DNA from: Antedon mediterranea
Taxonomy: Eukaryota > Animalia > Echinodermata
Length of the DNA: 64,000 nucleotides
Reading direction: 5' to 3'
NCBI RefSeq assembly: GCF_964355755.1
Contig: NC_092678.1
Location: 19,919,365 to 19,983,364, forward strand
The translations under genes were made by a program, and so were the position numbers. The stretch's first letter is position 1; the number at the start of each line of letters is the position of its first letter. The notes below the pieces were generated by a model. The model ran no database searches, was not told where the DNA came from, and was given only the letters and a program-made list of their open reading frames with translations. Positions 43,083-57,700 of the stretch are shown in pieces.

Positions 43083-46000
43083 ATGCCTATTTCTCTTTGT
43101 TGTGGAATTAAACTCCGCCTTCCCAAATGTTTACGTAGAACAAGAATAGGTAAGTTGATTACGTTACAACATAGGCCTAGTCTGATTCTAACTTTAGGCA
43201 AGTTATCCTATATAGGCACCATGCCTAATTTAGATTATAATTACAATGATCTGCGCACTTAATTAGTAACTGGTGTTGTTTTCTTTAAATTTTTGGTAGG
43301 CCTATGTACACTTTAAAAAGATAAGGTTAAAATTTTTAAAACTATGGGAAAATGGCATAATTATTGTTACAATAATGTTTGTTTATGTAACCGTAGTTAC
43401 TGAACTTGTAGTGGTGCGTATAAAATGGTCGCGTAAAAGAGCATCAGCGCGGTCTTAGTTGACCTCTCACGTCACGCGTACGAGATCACAAAAAGCGGTG
43501 TGACGTATGTAAAACAATGAATTGCTCTGGGGGGCGTGGCCTGTATTATAATCACAATGCTATTGGTGTAAAGTTAGGCGCTTATTTACGTCATAAAATG
43601 AAAAAAAAATCGTGATACGTCGCGAGAGTGTGTGGGGTGGGTGTGTTTGTCGAGAGTCGGTGGTTGATCGGGGTCGGATTCGTGGACGTGGTAGTTTGTA
43701 CTAGGCCTAGCTTAGGCCTAGGCTAGCTATAGGCCTAGGCCTAGTAGTAGTAAGCAGTAGTAGTAAGCAGTAGGCCTACTGGCCAAAACCTCAAAACATG
43801 CCTAGCTAGGCCTAGGTAGCGGTACTAGCCTACTACAGTAGTACTACTAGTATAGGGTAGGCCTAGCTAGGCCTATAGGCCTAGCCTATAGAGGGCCTCT
43901 AGAGGCTAGCCTCAGCTCAGGCCTAGCTAGTAGTAGTAGGTCTAGACTCTCTAGGCCTAATGCTAGTCATCTAGGCCCTAGCTAGGCTAGCGTCTAGCCA
44001 GCTACACTAGCTTAGCCTCTCTATAGGTTTAGCCTAGGCTAGTAGGGTAGGTAGGCCTATAGGCCTAGTTAGTATATAGGCAGCCTAGCCCTAGAGGCCT
44101 ACTACTAGGCTAGCCTACTAGGCCTTAGCCTAGTACTAGCTAGTAGAAGGCTAGCCTCTAGCTAGGGCTAGGCCTACTATTATAGGCTAGACTAGCCTAG
44201 TATTAACTATTAGTTTAATAGTTTAGTATTACGAGGCCTCTCACTAGGCGATCCTATACTAAGCTACCCAAGAGTATAAGAGCCTACCTAGCTAGGAGGC
44301 CTGGCTAGTATTTTAGGCTGTGCCCTATCTAGCCTATTTGATATCCCTTCCCAACCAACACTCTATCTTCACACATTGCAAGGCCGTAGCGAGAGGTTAA
44401 AATCAGACGAAGCAATATGCTTTTAATATAATTATATTATATAAAATATGAACTCAGCTTCTTAGTGGGCTGGGTTGTGAAATTTTCAGAGATAATTCGA
44501 GCGCCTCTTCTTCCTCATGCTAACTACGGCCCTGCATTGTTCATATTGGTATCTTTTTTTGTAGTTGTAGCAGTCTTACCAGCAGGACCCCCAGCCCCAG
44601 TAGTAGCAGCAGCAACAGGAGATGAAGAAGATGAATCCTATAGACCAATAGATGGAAGTTCAAACAATCAATCATCATCTTCACCTGCTGCAGGTAGGCC
44701 AGCCTTGCATAATAGCCTATCATTTATTATTTTCCTTAGGACACCACAGATTTGTATACAGTATATAGGGTATGCTGTTTACTTTAGAATTAAAGATTAA
44801 TTTGAAAAACTTTTATCACAGTCAACTCACTCACTCCTGGCCTGAATGACTTATTACAACTAACAAGCGCAAAACATCTGCGATTGACACTAAAACTAGA
44901 CACGTCCACCTGCCAGACATCGCAACTTGCAGTCAAGAGCACCAATGACGAAGATGTGCAACTCAAAAAGCGTGCAGCTACATTTGTACAAGATGTCCTA
45001 GCCACTGCAGTTGCAAAATGCCAAGCCATAGAACAAGACGATAACAACACTGACCGTAAGAACATACACTACCTTTATGCCTAAGCCAATTGATAGGCCT
45101 ACCACTAGCATAAATAGATATCGAAATAATTTTCTTGTTTTGTTTTTAGATAAAGAATTTGATGATGAATAATTGTTATTTGAATTTTTTTTAAATAAAG
45201 TCTTTTTTTTATCTTAATCATAAAAGAATTGTATAATAATTGATTATAATTTTTGACATATCAAAATAATTGTAATAATATCTCTATAGACAAGGCACCT
45301 GAAGCACAGCAGCCAGCTGAAACCTCCACCTCTGATGAGGATGTCGAGCTTGACAATCTGGCAACAAGTCTTGTGGAAGAAACTTTGTCAATAGTAATGG
45401 CAGAACACCTGGCCACTGTTCATGACAATGAAGCACATCATCCAACTGCAGGTAGGCCAGCCTTGCATAATAGCTTATCATTTAATATTTTCTTTAGGAC
45501 ATCCCACATGATTTGTTTTAGTGTATATTAGTATGCTGTTGGAATATATTACTTTAGAATTAAAGTTTAATTTGAAAAAACTTTTATCACAGGTAACTCA
45601 CTCACTCTTGGCCTGAATGATTCATTACAACTAACAAGCGCAAAACATCTGCGATCGACACAAAAACTAGACACGTCCACCTGCCAGACATCGCAACTTG
45701 CAGTCAAGAGCATCAACGACGAAGATATGGAAATCAAACAGCGTGCAGCTACCTTTGTGCAAGATGTCCTAGCCACTGCAGTTGCAAAATGCCAAGCCAT
45801 AGAACAAGACGAGAACAACACTGACCGTAAGAACATACACTACCATTATGCCTAAGCCAATTAAAAGGCCTACCACTAGCATAAATAGATATCGAAAAGT
45901 AGTTTAAGCCATCAAAGTTGGAGCATGTGTACCTAAAGCCAACCTCTCCCCAACACCCACCACAGTCCACCTCGTTAAATAAACCAATCTCGCATCTTTT

Positions 46001-49000
46001 TTTTTATAATTGGTTAAATTCTTGTTCACATTTATATTTAGATTTGTTCTCAGAATTGAAGGACAAAATATATAGCTCATGTTTTTCTTTTTTCTTTTCG
46101 TCTCTTAATTTAATTTTCTTGTTTTGTTTTTAGATAAAGAATTTGATGATGAAGAACGGTTATTTAAATTTTTTTTTAAATAAAGTCATTTTTTTTTTAT
46201 CTTAATCATAAAAGAATTGTATAATAATTGATTATAAGTTTAGACATATCAAAATAATTGTAATAATATCTCTATAGACAAGGCAACTGAAGCACAGCAG
46301 CCAGCTGAAACCTCCACCTCTGATGAGGATGTCGAGCTTGACAATCTGGCAACAAGTCTTGTGGAAGAAACTTTGTCAATAGTAATGGCAGAACACCTGG
46401 CCACTGTTCATAACAATGAAGCACATCATCCAACTGCAGGTAGGCCAGCCTTGCATAATAGCTTATCATCTAATTTTTTCTTTAGGACATCCCACATGAT
46501 TTGTTTTAGTGTATATTAGTATGCTGTTGGAATATATTACTTTATAATTAAAGTTTAATTTGAAAAAAACTTTTATCACAGTCAATTCACTCACTCCTGG
46601 CCTGAATGACTCATTACAACTAACAAGCGCAAAACATCTGCGATCGACACAAAAACTAGACACGTCCACCTGCCAGATATCGCAACATGCAGTGAAGAGC
46701 ATCAATGACGAAGATATGCAAGTCAAACAGCGTGCAGCTACCTTTGTGCAAGATGTCCTAGCCACTGCAGTTGCAAAATGCCAAGCCATAGAACAAGACG
46801 AGAACAACACTGACCGTAAGAACATACACTACCATCATGCCTAAGCCAATTGAAAGGCCTACCACTAGCATAAATAGATATCGAAAAGTAGTTCAAGCCA
46901 TCAAAGGTGGAGCATGTGTACCTATGCCAACCTCTCCCCAACACCCACCCCAGTCCGCCTCGTTAAATAAACCAATCTCTCATCTTTTTTTTTATAATTG
47001 GTTAAATTCTTGTTCACATTTATATTTGGATTTGTTCTCAGAATTGAAGGACAAAATATATAGCTCATGTTTTTCTGTTTCCTTTTCATCTCTTAATTGA
47101 ATTTTCTTGTTTTATTTTTAGATAAAGAATTTGATTATGAATAACGGTTATTTAAATTTTTTTTAAATAAAGTCATTTTTTTTTATCTTAATCATAAAAG
47201 AATTGTATAATAATTGATTATAATTTTTGACATATCAAAATAATTGTAATAATATCTCTATAGACAAGGCAACTGAAGCACAGCAGCCAGCTGAAACCTC
47301 CACCTCTGATGAGGATGTCGAGCTTGACAATCTGGCAACAAGTCTTGTGGAAGAAACTTTGTCAATAGTAATGGCAGAACAACTGACCATTGTTCATAAC
47401 AATAAAGCACATCACCCAACTGCAGGTAGGCCAGCCTTGCATAATAGCTTATCATTAGGACATCCCACATGATTTGTTTTAGTGTATATTAGTATGCTGT
47501 TGGAATATATTACTTTAGAATTAAAGTTTAATTTGAAAAAACTTTTATCACAGGCAACTCACTCACTCTTGGCCTTAATGGCTCATTACAATTAACAAGC
47601 GCAAAACATCTGCGATCGACACAAAAACTAGACACGTCCACCTGTGAGACATCACAATTTGCAGTCAAGAGCAACAATAATGAGGATGTACAACTCAAAC
47701 AGCGTGTAGCTACATTTATACAAGATGTCCTAGCCACTGCAGTTGCAAAATGTCAAGCCATAGAGCAAGACGAGAACAACACTGACCGTAAGAACATACA
47801 CTACCTTTATGCCTAAGCCAATTGATAGGCGGCCTAACCAACCGATTTCCTAAACTGTTATATTTATTAACAATTAGAAATCTATATTATAACATATCAA
47901 TAACCCAATTTGTTTTTGCTCTCCCCCTAGACCTCACAACCTATACTTGTACAGATCGATGGTCAGAATATGGAGACACTTTCTTCAGATTGAAAGGAAA
48001 TACTATGGCAGGTGGCCACTTTGTAAGTAACTCATAGACCCTGCCCCACAAAAACATGTACACAGGCAGTGGCATGTGCCTCTTTCAATGTACGCAGTTT
48101 AATGAATGTCAAAAAAGAGGAAAACAAATTCTGCTTCCCAAAAATAATTTTTTCCCAACAAAAGCAAAAACCAGAAAAAGAAAATTTAAGCAAAATAAAG
48201 ACGATCTAGGCTACCAAACAACAGGGCACTGACCTTCACTACATAAAACGTTATTATGCGGATGCTATACGATTATGCCCAACCCCACATTAGGCGACTG
48301 GTAGTACCAAAACGGTACCATCCATAGTCCATATGTTTTTTTTGTTTTTTTTACTATGTTTGAATTTTTTATAGGCATCAGATTGCAAAAGCATCCAGGA
48401 ACAGAATGACGAAATGGATGAAGCATTTTATAAGTATGGAGTGGAAAGTGATTATGACTGGATAGACATGGGACCTTCAGACCCAAGCGATGAAGAACCA
48501 GATGCCTGGGTGAGGCAGAGAGCTATCGCCCAGAGATTAGCAGCCAAGGCTGCAAGGAGATCTTTGAATATTAACACTGGTAAGCCAACTGAAGCCTCCA
48601 TCTGTGATGATGATGAGGAGCTGAACAATCGTCCAACTGCAGGTAGGTTAGCCTTGTATAATAGCTTATCATTTAATATTTTCTTTAGGACATCCCACAT
48701 GATTTGTTTTAGTGTATATTAGTATGCTGTTGGAATATATTACTTTATAATTAAAGTTTAATTTGAAAAAAACTTTTATCACAGTCAACTCACTCACTCC
48801 TGGCCTGAATGACTCATTACAACTAACAAGCGCAAAACATCTGCGATCGACACTAAAACTAGACACGTCCACCTGCCAGACATCACAACTTGCAGTCATG
48901 AGCACCATTGATGAAGATGTGCATCTCAAACAGCAAGCAGCTACCTTTGTACAAGATGTCCTATCAACTGCAGTTGCAAAATGTCAAGACGAGAACAACA

Positions 49001-50677
49001 CTGACCGTAAGAACATACACTATCATCAATTGATAACATACAGTATTTATTTGTAGATATCTAAAAGAAGTTTTAAGCTGTCAAAAAGGAGTGTGTGTAC
49101 CTGTAGCCAATCTCTCTCCCAACACCCACCCAGTTAAATAGATCAATCAATCTTTCATCTTTTGTTTTTTTAAACAGATTCTTGTTTACATTTGTTCATT
49201 CTCATTTTTAAAGGAGACAGTATATTAAGCTCATCTTTTTCTGTTTTCTTTTCATCTCTTAATTTCCTTTTCATGCTTTGTTTTTCGACGAAAAATTTTA
49301 TGATGAATAAAGAACATTTGAATAAAAAAAGATAAATATTCATGATTTGTTGTTATAATTGTCATTATTATTGTATAATCTTTAGAATATTAATTAATTG
49401 TAATAATTATCAAACAAATTTCTCTATAGACAAGGCAACTGAAGCCCAGCAGAATACTGCAGCACAGCAGACTACTGCAGAAAAACAAACAGCTGCAGCC
49501 TCCATCTCTGAGGAGGATGAGGAGCTCGACAAGCTTTCAAATTCTGTTGTTCAAGATGTTTTGTCGAAGGTCGCAGAAAATCTTGCCACCGCCAACCTGC
49601 TAACTGAAGAACAGCAGCCACCTGAATCAGCCTACACGGATACAGTAGAGAAAGATCAGAGGAAAGGTACAATATGACTTTTCATTCATATGAATTTTCA
49701 TTTAAGCCTTAACCAATTATTTCCATACTGTTATTTTTTTTAACAATTTGAAATCTATATTATAACATATCAGTAACTGAATTTGCTTTTACCCTGCCCT
49801 AGATCTCACAACCGATACTTGCACAGAATACGGAGACCCTTTCTTCGGAATCAAAGGAGATACTGCTATGGCAGGTGGACAATTTGTAAGTAACTCATAG
49901 ACCTCACAAAAACAGGTACACAACAAGCAGTGGCATGAGCCTATTTCAATGTACTTAATTTACTGAATGTGAAAAGAGTGAAAAAATAATTCGGCTTCCC
50001 AAAAATAATTTAAAAATAAAGAAGATCTAGGCTATCAAACAACAGGACAATGACCATCCTTGTACATAAAACGTTTTGTGCGGATGCGATATGATTATGC
50101 CCCACCCCACAACATTTCATTAGAGTCTATGTGACTGGTAGTACCAAAACGGTACCATCCATAATCCGTATTATTTTTTTTAAGTTTTTACTATGTTTGA
50201 ATTTTTTATAGGCATCAGATTGCAAAAGCATCCAGGAACAGAATGACGAAATGGATGAAGCATTTTATAAGTATGGAATGGAAAGTGACTATGACTGGAT
50301 AGACATGGGACCTTCAGACCCAAGCGACGAAGAACCAGATGCCTGGGTGAGGCAGAGAGCTATCGCCCAAAGATTAGCAGCTAAGGCTGCTATGAAATCA
50401 TCGAATATTAACCCTGGTAAGTTTATTTTTATTTTTAAAAGCTGATTTGTTTGTCTACGCTTTACAAATTCTTCCCTATTAGTAGGGCCTCATGAGTACT
50501 AAAAATATTCATTCATTTTAATGTTTAGACCAACACGAGCTACAAGACGTCGACAATGATGAGGAAACAAATTGCCGACCAATAGTAGTTGACATGACAT
50601 CCCTGGCTGACATGACAGCAGATGATGATCCAAACTTAACCTATCATGATGCTACGATAGACCAATACAATTACTGA
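43083..50677 (+). CDS. Copy 4 of the repeat-protein gene (~957 aa predicted; 3 A + 5 B/B' + 1 C = 9 helix exons)
   Basis: Same architecture with two fewer ~990 bp A/B modules. Terminal exon ends at 50677. Confidence 0.8.
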
Positions 50678-52543
50678 ATACTTTAATCATATTTACAATG
50701 GACTAATTATAATCATTTCAATATTAATTTTTACGATAAGGATACATTATTTGATATGTTTGTTTTATGAATTTTACAGTTGTGCAATAATAAATGATAA
50801 TTTGATATATATTGTAAACTTTGTTTTTAATTTTATTTATTTCTCTTTCGGGCTTTTGATTTTAATATAGTTAATGAAATCTTTTTACTTTCCTACATTG
50901 AAGTACTTTCTATTATAATAATTATAAATAAGAAATTTCACCTAATTAACACATAAAGTACTACAAATCATTATTGTAAATTCTGTATGATTTTAATTGG
51001 TTCTAAATTTATTATATCCTTATTCTCATTCTTAAATAATTTTGATAATTTAATAAATACAATTTTTGAATACTAGTATTGTAAATGTTAAAATTATTGA
51101 GAGAATTTAAAATATTAATTAATTCAGGCTCCTCTGATTATTGTTAAAAAATAAAATTAACACTCTGACAACATAAAATAGTTAAACAGTGCCATCTATT
51201 TTTAACGGTCGATAAACTTTTTAACAGCAGTTAGGCCCAACTTTCGGTTCACGATGTGAGGACATAGTTACCATTTCTGGCATTATTATTATTATTATTT
51301 TATTTTTCTTTTATTAGGTGATATTTTATAATAAAAAGATCACTTATTGTTATTGTATGAAAATATTATTATTGTTTTACTTTATTTTTAGTCGCGTTCA
51401 ACGGTCGGTCGGTTGGTCGGTAAATACTAACTTGAGCACACGACTGCAACCATGTATATGGACTTGTTTCTTATTTTTACTATTTCAAAGAATTATTTTT
51501 TCACCAAAACACTTGGCGTCGGGAACCAGGGGGATGGGGGAAAGCCCACTGAAAGCTCGGCTCTTTGAGTAATTTATAGATCGTTTCAATCGATTTCTGA
51601 ACACATACAAATTCCTCCCAGAAGAATACAATTAGGTTACGCATTTTTAAAGCACTGGTCCTGATGCCCACACACAAAATATATAATCTGTATTTGTATG
51701 TAGATACTGTATTTTCAGAAATTACATACGATATGTCGATATAAGAAGTCTTACTTTCTTATTCATTTCAATAATTTAATGATTTTGCCTTTCAAAAGTG
51801 AGGTACTGGTACTGGTACTGGTTCAAATAACCGTCTCACAGAGACATCTGGTAGCCATTGACTTGAAGTTGGCATTTGGATGTGTTACTTTTAAATGTAG
51901 GCCTACAGTATGAGAGTGACTACTACCAAATTACACAGTCACAAAACAACTTATAAAACAGTTCATATGAGGTGGACAATCACTCACTAATCAAATTATC
52001 TACAACTCCGTGGATGCGTAAGATCGTATCTGTAAATTTGGTGTTTTACTATTAGAACTTTTAATTTATGTCCACTTGTCTGTTGTTAGTAACATACCTT
52101 TTACGAGCTTTTATAGAATTTTCTTCTTTATGGCATGAGAAAATTTCCCGAATGATCTTAATCGAAACCGTACTGAGTTTGGTCTTCTAGCGTCCCAGCC
52201 GCTCCCCCAAAAGTCATCCATTCAGAAGCACTGATGAACACAGTTTATCCGTGGTGGCTATGAGTGGTCCGGTCACGTCCCGGGACATGACTAATTATAA
52301 TCACTTCACTATAATATCACTATAATTATAATCGCTTCGCTCGCGTACCATCTAGATCGTGCCCATAGATGGTTCTCGAATACATAGTAATTTCAGCGTT
52401 AAAAAATTGGCGACTTCAAATGTACATGCAAGACAATTAAATCGGTGATTTATGTACTCAACTAAAATTAGCATCCTGGGAATTACTTCCGAAAGAGAAA
52501 CTTGTCACAAAATAAGACCAATTGTTTTGAAACAAACTAAATG

Positions 52544-52803
52544 TGTGTTTTGTATGCAACATGAGGGTTGAGGGATGGGGAAGAGGATGGGTGCAAAGAC
52601 GAAAAATTTGTGTTTTGTATGCAACATGAGGGTTGAGGGATGGGGAAGAGGATGGGTGCAAAGACGAACAATTTGTGTTTTGTATGCAACATGAGGGTTG
52701 AGGGATGGGGAAGAGGATGGGTGCAAAGACGAACAATTTGTGTTTTGTATGCAACATGAGGGTTTAGGGATGGGGAAGAGGATGGGTGCAAAGACGAACA
52801 ATT
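52544..52803 (+). repeat. 65 bp minisatellite x4 (spacer 4 copy)
   Basis: Same unit as 14683-14942. Confidence 0.95.
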
Positions 52804-54706
52804 TTTAAATATATTCTTTATCCATTTAGTAACGAAATATCAATTGTTTTCATGTTTTACAAATAATATACCACTAAACCATGGAGGTATTTATACCTCC
52901 ATGACTAAACACAGTAAAACATTGCTATTTAATACTTTGTTAAAACTGTCACCGTATAGTCGATTGAAATAGTACAGTACATGTAACGATACATCACTTA
53001 TACGACGTTTATATTTTTTTTGTACAGTAATTAGATTATTAATTAATATTAACGTTCAGAAGGAACTGTCAGTAATAAAGTAAACATCTCTATTCGGGGG
53101 AAATCGTAAGTTCGCTTTAATCGTCAATAAATAATTATCTAACTTAACTTAATTAGTAGGTCTAATGGTTTTGAATTGTTTCTTAGATTAGAGCCAATTC
53201 ATATTTAAGTTGGTTTCTAACCGCCAAAGTTGTTCTGCGTTTAGGGCATGTGATCCTTCATACCGTACCTTAGGCATATCCCCTAATGGCTTTACAATGT
53301 TACTTATGCCAGTGAGTGGGAGGGTGGTGGTGTGGGTGGTGGTGGTTTAACTGCAATAATAAAGATGATTGTACATAATAGATGGCGACTGGAAAGGCTA
53401 GCTCATTATCCGTTAAAAAAAATACCTATATCCAACCTCTGCAGCACAGATTGGATAAAATGGATCGAATTTCTGTTATGGCTGTACAGCACTTGTCTTT
53501 ACGACGCCTGAGGGAATAGACACTTGTGGAACTGAGATTGGAATGTTCCATTTATCGCAAAACAGTTGTATAAATGTATATTAAATCTATCAAAGTAGTA
53601 TTTTTTAAAGAAAATCGGTCTGTCTTCAACATTATGATGCTGTACTCGAGCTGTTCAACCAGTTTTCAGCTATTAAAAACCATTATCGTATTAGGGGATA
53701 GGAAAATGCGAAGCATCCTCGTATTATTGTGTGCGGGTATTTTTCAAGATGGACATCCATTAGACAGTGTATACCACGATCGAAAAACACCCCTATTTGG
53801 GGCAAATCGTTGAACTTAAATTCGTTTTAATCGTCAATAACTAATTATCGAACTCAATTTAATTAGTAAACTGGGTTACATCAGGCGATTAAAATCAGTA
53901 CCGAAAGTACGAACCAACTTTATATACCATCGAGTAAACATTCTAGAAATAACGCGCGATTTACCGAATTTTGCCCTTACGTAAATTTATATATAGATGC
54001 CCGGGAGCACTCTATAGAATTGCAATGAATTGTGTGTTTGTATTAACTTAATGCTGTACTTTATTCTTTATTCTTACAACCAACAGTGCACGGGTTCATA
54101 ATACAAATATATATTTAAAAACACAACGATAACATGTTTATAATAATACCGTTCAAAAAACATTTAAATTGCGAACCGCAACAGTTAAAAATACCTAAAC
54201 AATTATTAGATTTATAATTATAAATCTTGAAACGAAGATTATGAACACAGACATTAAATTAAATTAGATTAAGACATTTAAACTGAAAAATAAAGTCCTG
54301 TTTTGCTTTTCCTGAAATGGGGGAAACGACAGGGTAGGCCTATACTATATAACTTAATTTTGTAGACGATTTCAATAAATCGTATAAATTAATAATATAA
54401 CACATAGGCCATGTTTCATTTTATACCTACAATTTCTTAAAATTATTTTTTTGTTTGTAAACATTAATGTTTAAAAAACAAACATTCTTTGTGCCGCACT
54501 TGGGGTATGCGTATGACATGTCGGTGCGCTTTGCATGACGTCACACAATCACCATGGATAGAAATGTAAACGTACGCACGAAACAAAACCTCAAATGGCA
54601 ACTAGCGACAGCTTGTGCCGGATGGCTGGTGAATAGCCCGATACATATCGGTCGTTTTTCCAGTCTTTACAACCGTTTTCGGAAGTATTTTAATAAATTA
54701 ATTGAT

Positions 54707-57700
54707 ATGCCTATTTCTCTTTGTTGTGGAATTAAACTCCGCCTTCCCAAATGTTTACGTAGAACAAGAATAGGTAAGTTGATTACGTTACATTACAACA
54801 TAGGCCTAGTCTGATTCTAACTTTAGGCAAGTCATCCTATCTAGGCACCATGCCTAATTTAGATTATATTACAACACTTAATTAGTAACTGGTGTTGTTT
54901 TCTTTACATTTTTGGTAGGCCTATGTACACTTTAAAAAGATAAGGTTAAAAGTATTAAAACTATGGGAAAATGGCATAATTATTGTTACAATAATGTTTG
55001 TTTATGTAACCGTAGTTACTGAACTTGTAGTGGTGCGTATAAAATGGTCGCGTAAAAGAGCATCAGCGCGGTCTTAGTTGACCTCTCACGTCACGAGATC
55101 ACAAAAAGCGGTGTGACGTATGTAAAACAATGAATTGCTCTTGGGGGCGTGGCCTGTATTATAATCACAATGCTATTGGTGTAAAGTTAGGCGCTTAATT
55201 ACGTCATAAAATGAAAAAAAAATCGTGATACGTTGCGAGTGTGTGGTGGGGGGTGTGTTTGTCGAGAGTCGGTGGTTGATCGGGGTCGGATCCGTGGACG
55301 TGGTAGTTTGTACTAGCTTAGGCCTTAGGCTAGCTATAGGCCTACTAGGCCTAGTAGTAGAAGCAGTAGGCCTACTGGCCAAAACCTCAAAACATGCCTA
55401 GGTAGCGGTACTACTACTAGCCTACTACAGTAGTACTACTAGTATAGGGTAGGCCTAGTACTAGCCTAGCCTAGCTAGCCTATAGAGGGCCTAGCTAGAC
55501 TAGAGCCTGCCCTGCGTGAGGCTAGCCTAGCCTCAGCTCAGGCCTAGCTAGCTAGAGTAGTAGGTCTAGACTCTCTAGGCCTAATGCTAGTCATCTAGGC
55601 CCTAGCTAGGCTAGCCTCTAGCCAGCTACACTAGCTTAGCCTCTCTATAGCTTTAGCCTAGGCTAGTAGGGTAGGTAGGCCTAATTAATTAGTATATAGA
55701 ATTATAGGTTAGGCAGCCTAACCTAGAGGCCTACTACTAGGCTAGCCTAGGCCTTAGCCTAATACTAGTAGAAGGCTAGCCTCTAGCTAGGGCTAGGCCT
55801 ACTATTATAGGCTAGACTAGCCTAGTATTAACTATTAGTTTAATAGTTTAGTATTACGAGGCCTCTCACTAGGCGATCCTATACTAAGCTACCCAAGAGT
55901 ATAAGAGCCTACCTAGCTAGGAGGCCTGGCTAGTATTTTAGGCTGTGCCCTATCTAGCCTAGTTGATATCCCTTCCCAACCAACACTCTATCTTCACACG
56001 TGAGACATTGCAAGGCCGTAGCGAGAGGTTAAAATGAGACGAAGCAATATGCTTTTAATATAATTATATTATATAAAATATGACCTCAGCTTCTTAGTGG
56101 GCTGGGTTGTGAAATTTTCAGAGATAATTCGAGCGCCTCTTCTTCCTCATGCTAACTACGGCCCTGCATTGTTCATATTGGTATCTTTTTTTATAGTTGT
56201 AGCAGTCTTACCAGCAGGACCCCCAGCCCCAGTAGTAGCAGCAGCAACAGGAGATGAAGAAGATGAATCCTATAGACCAATAGATGGAAGTTCGAACAAT
56301 CAATCATCATCTTCACCTGCTGCAGGTAGGCCAGCCTTGCATAATAGCCTATCATTTACTATTTTCCTTAGGACACCACAGATTTGTATACAGTATATAG
56401 GGTATGCTGTTTACTTTAGAATTAAAGATTAATTTGAAAAACTTTTATCACAGTCAACTCACTCACTCCTGGCCTGAATGACTTATTACAACTAACAAGC
56501 GCAAAACATCTGCGATTGACACTAAAACTAGACACGTCCACCTGCCAGACATCGCAACTTGCAGTCAAGAGCACCAATGACGAAGATGTGCAACTCAAAA
56601 AGCGTGCAGCTACATTTGTACAAGATGTCCTAGCCACTGCAGTTGCAAAATGCCAAGCCATAGAACAAGACGAGAACAACACTGACCGTAAGAACATACA
56701 CTACCTTTATGCCTAAGCCAATTGATAGGCCTACCACTAGCATAAATAGATATCGAAATAATTTTCTTGTTTTGTTCTTAGATAAAGAATTTGATGATGA
56801 ATAATTGTTATTTGAATTTTTTTTAAATAAAGTCTTTTTTTTATCTTAATCATAAAAGAATTGTATAATAATTGATTATAATTTTAGACATATCAAAATA
56901 ATTGTAATAATATCTCTTTAGACAAGGCAACTGAAGCACAGCAGCCAGCTGAAACCTCCACCTCTGATGAGGATGTCGAGCTTGACAATCTGGCCACAAG
57001 TCTTGTGGAAGAAACTTTGTCAGTAGTAATGGCAGAACAACTGGCAACTGTTCATAACAATAAAGCACATTATCCAACTGCAGGTAGGCCAGCCTTGCAT
57101 AATAGGTTATCATTTAATATTTTCTTTAGGACATCCCACATGATTTGTTTTAGTGTATATTAGTATGCTGTTGGAATATATTACTTTAGAATTAAAGTTC
57201 AATTTGAAGAAACTTTTATCACAGGCAACTCACTCACTCTTGGCCTGAATGATTCATTACAACTAACAAGCACAAAACATCTGCGATCGTCACAAAAACT
57301 AGACACGTCCACCTGCCAGACATCTCAACTTGCAGTCAAGAGCACCAATGACGAAGATGTACAACTCAAAAAGCGTGCAGCTACATTTGTGCAAGATATC
57401 CTAGCCACTGCAGTTGCAAAATGCCAAGCCATAGAACAAGACGAGAACAACACTGACCGTAAGAACATACACTACCATCATGCCTAAGCCAATTGAAAGG
57501 CCTACCACTAGCATAAATAGATATCGAAAAGTAATTCAAGCCATCAAATGTGGAGCATGTGTACCTAAAGACAACCTCTCCCCAACACCCAACCCAGTCC
57601 ACCTCGTTAAATAAACCAATCAATCTCTCATCTTTTTTTTATAATTGATTAAATTCTCTTTCACATTTATATTTAGATTTGTTCTCAGAATTGAAGGACA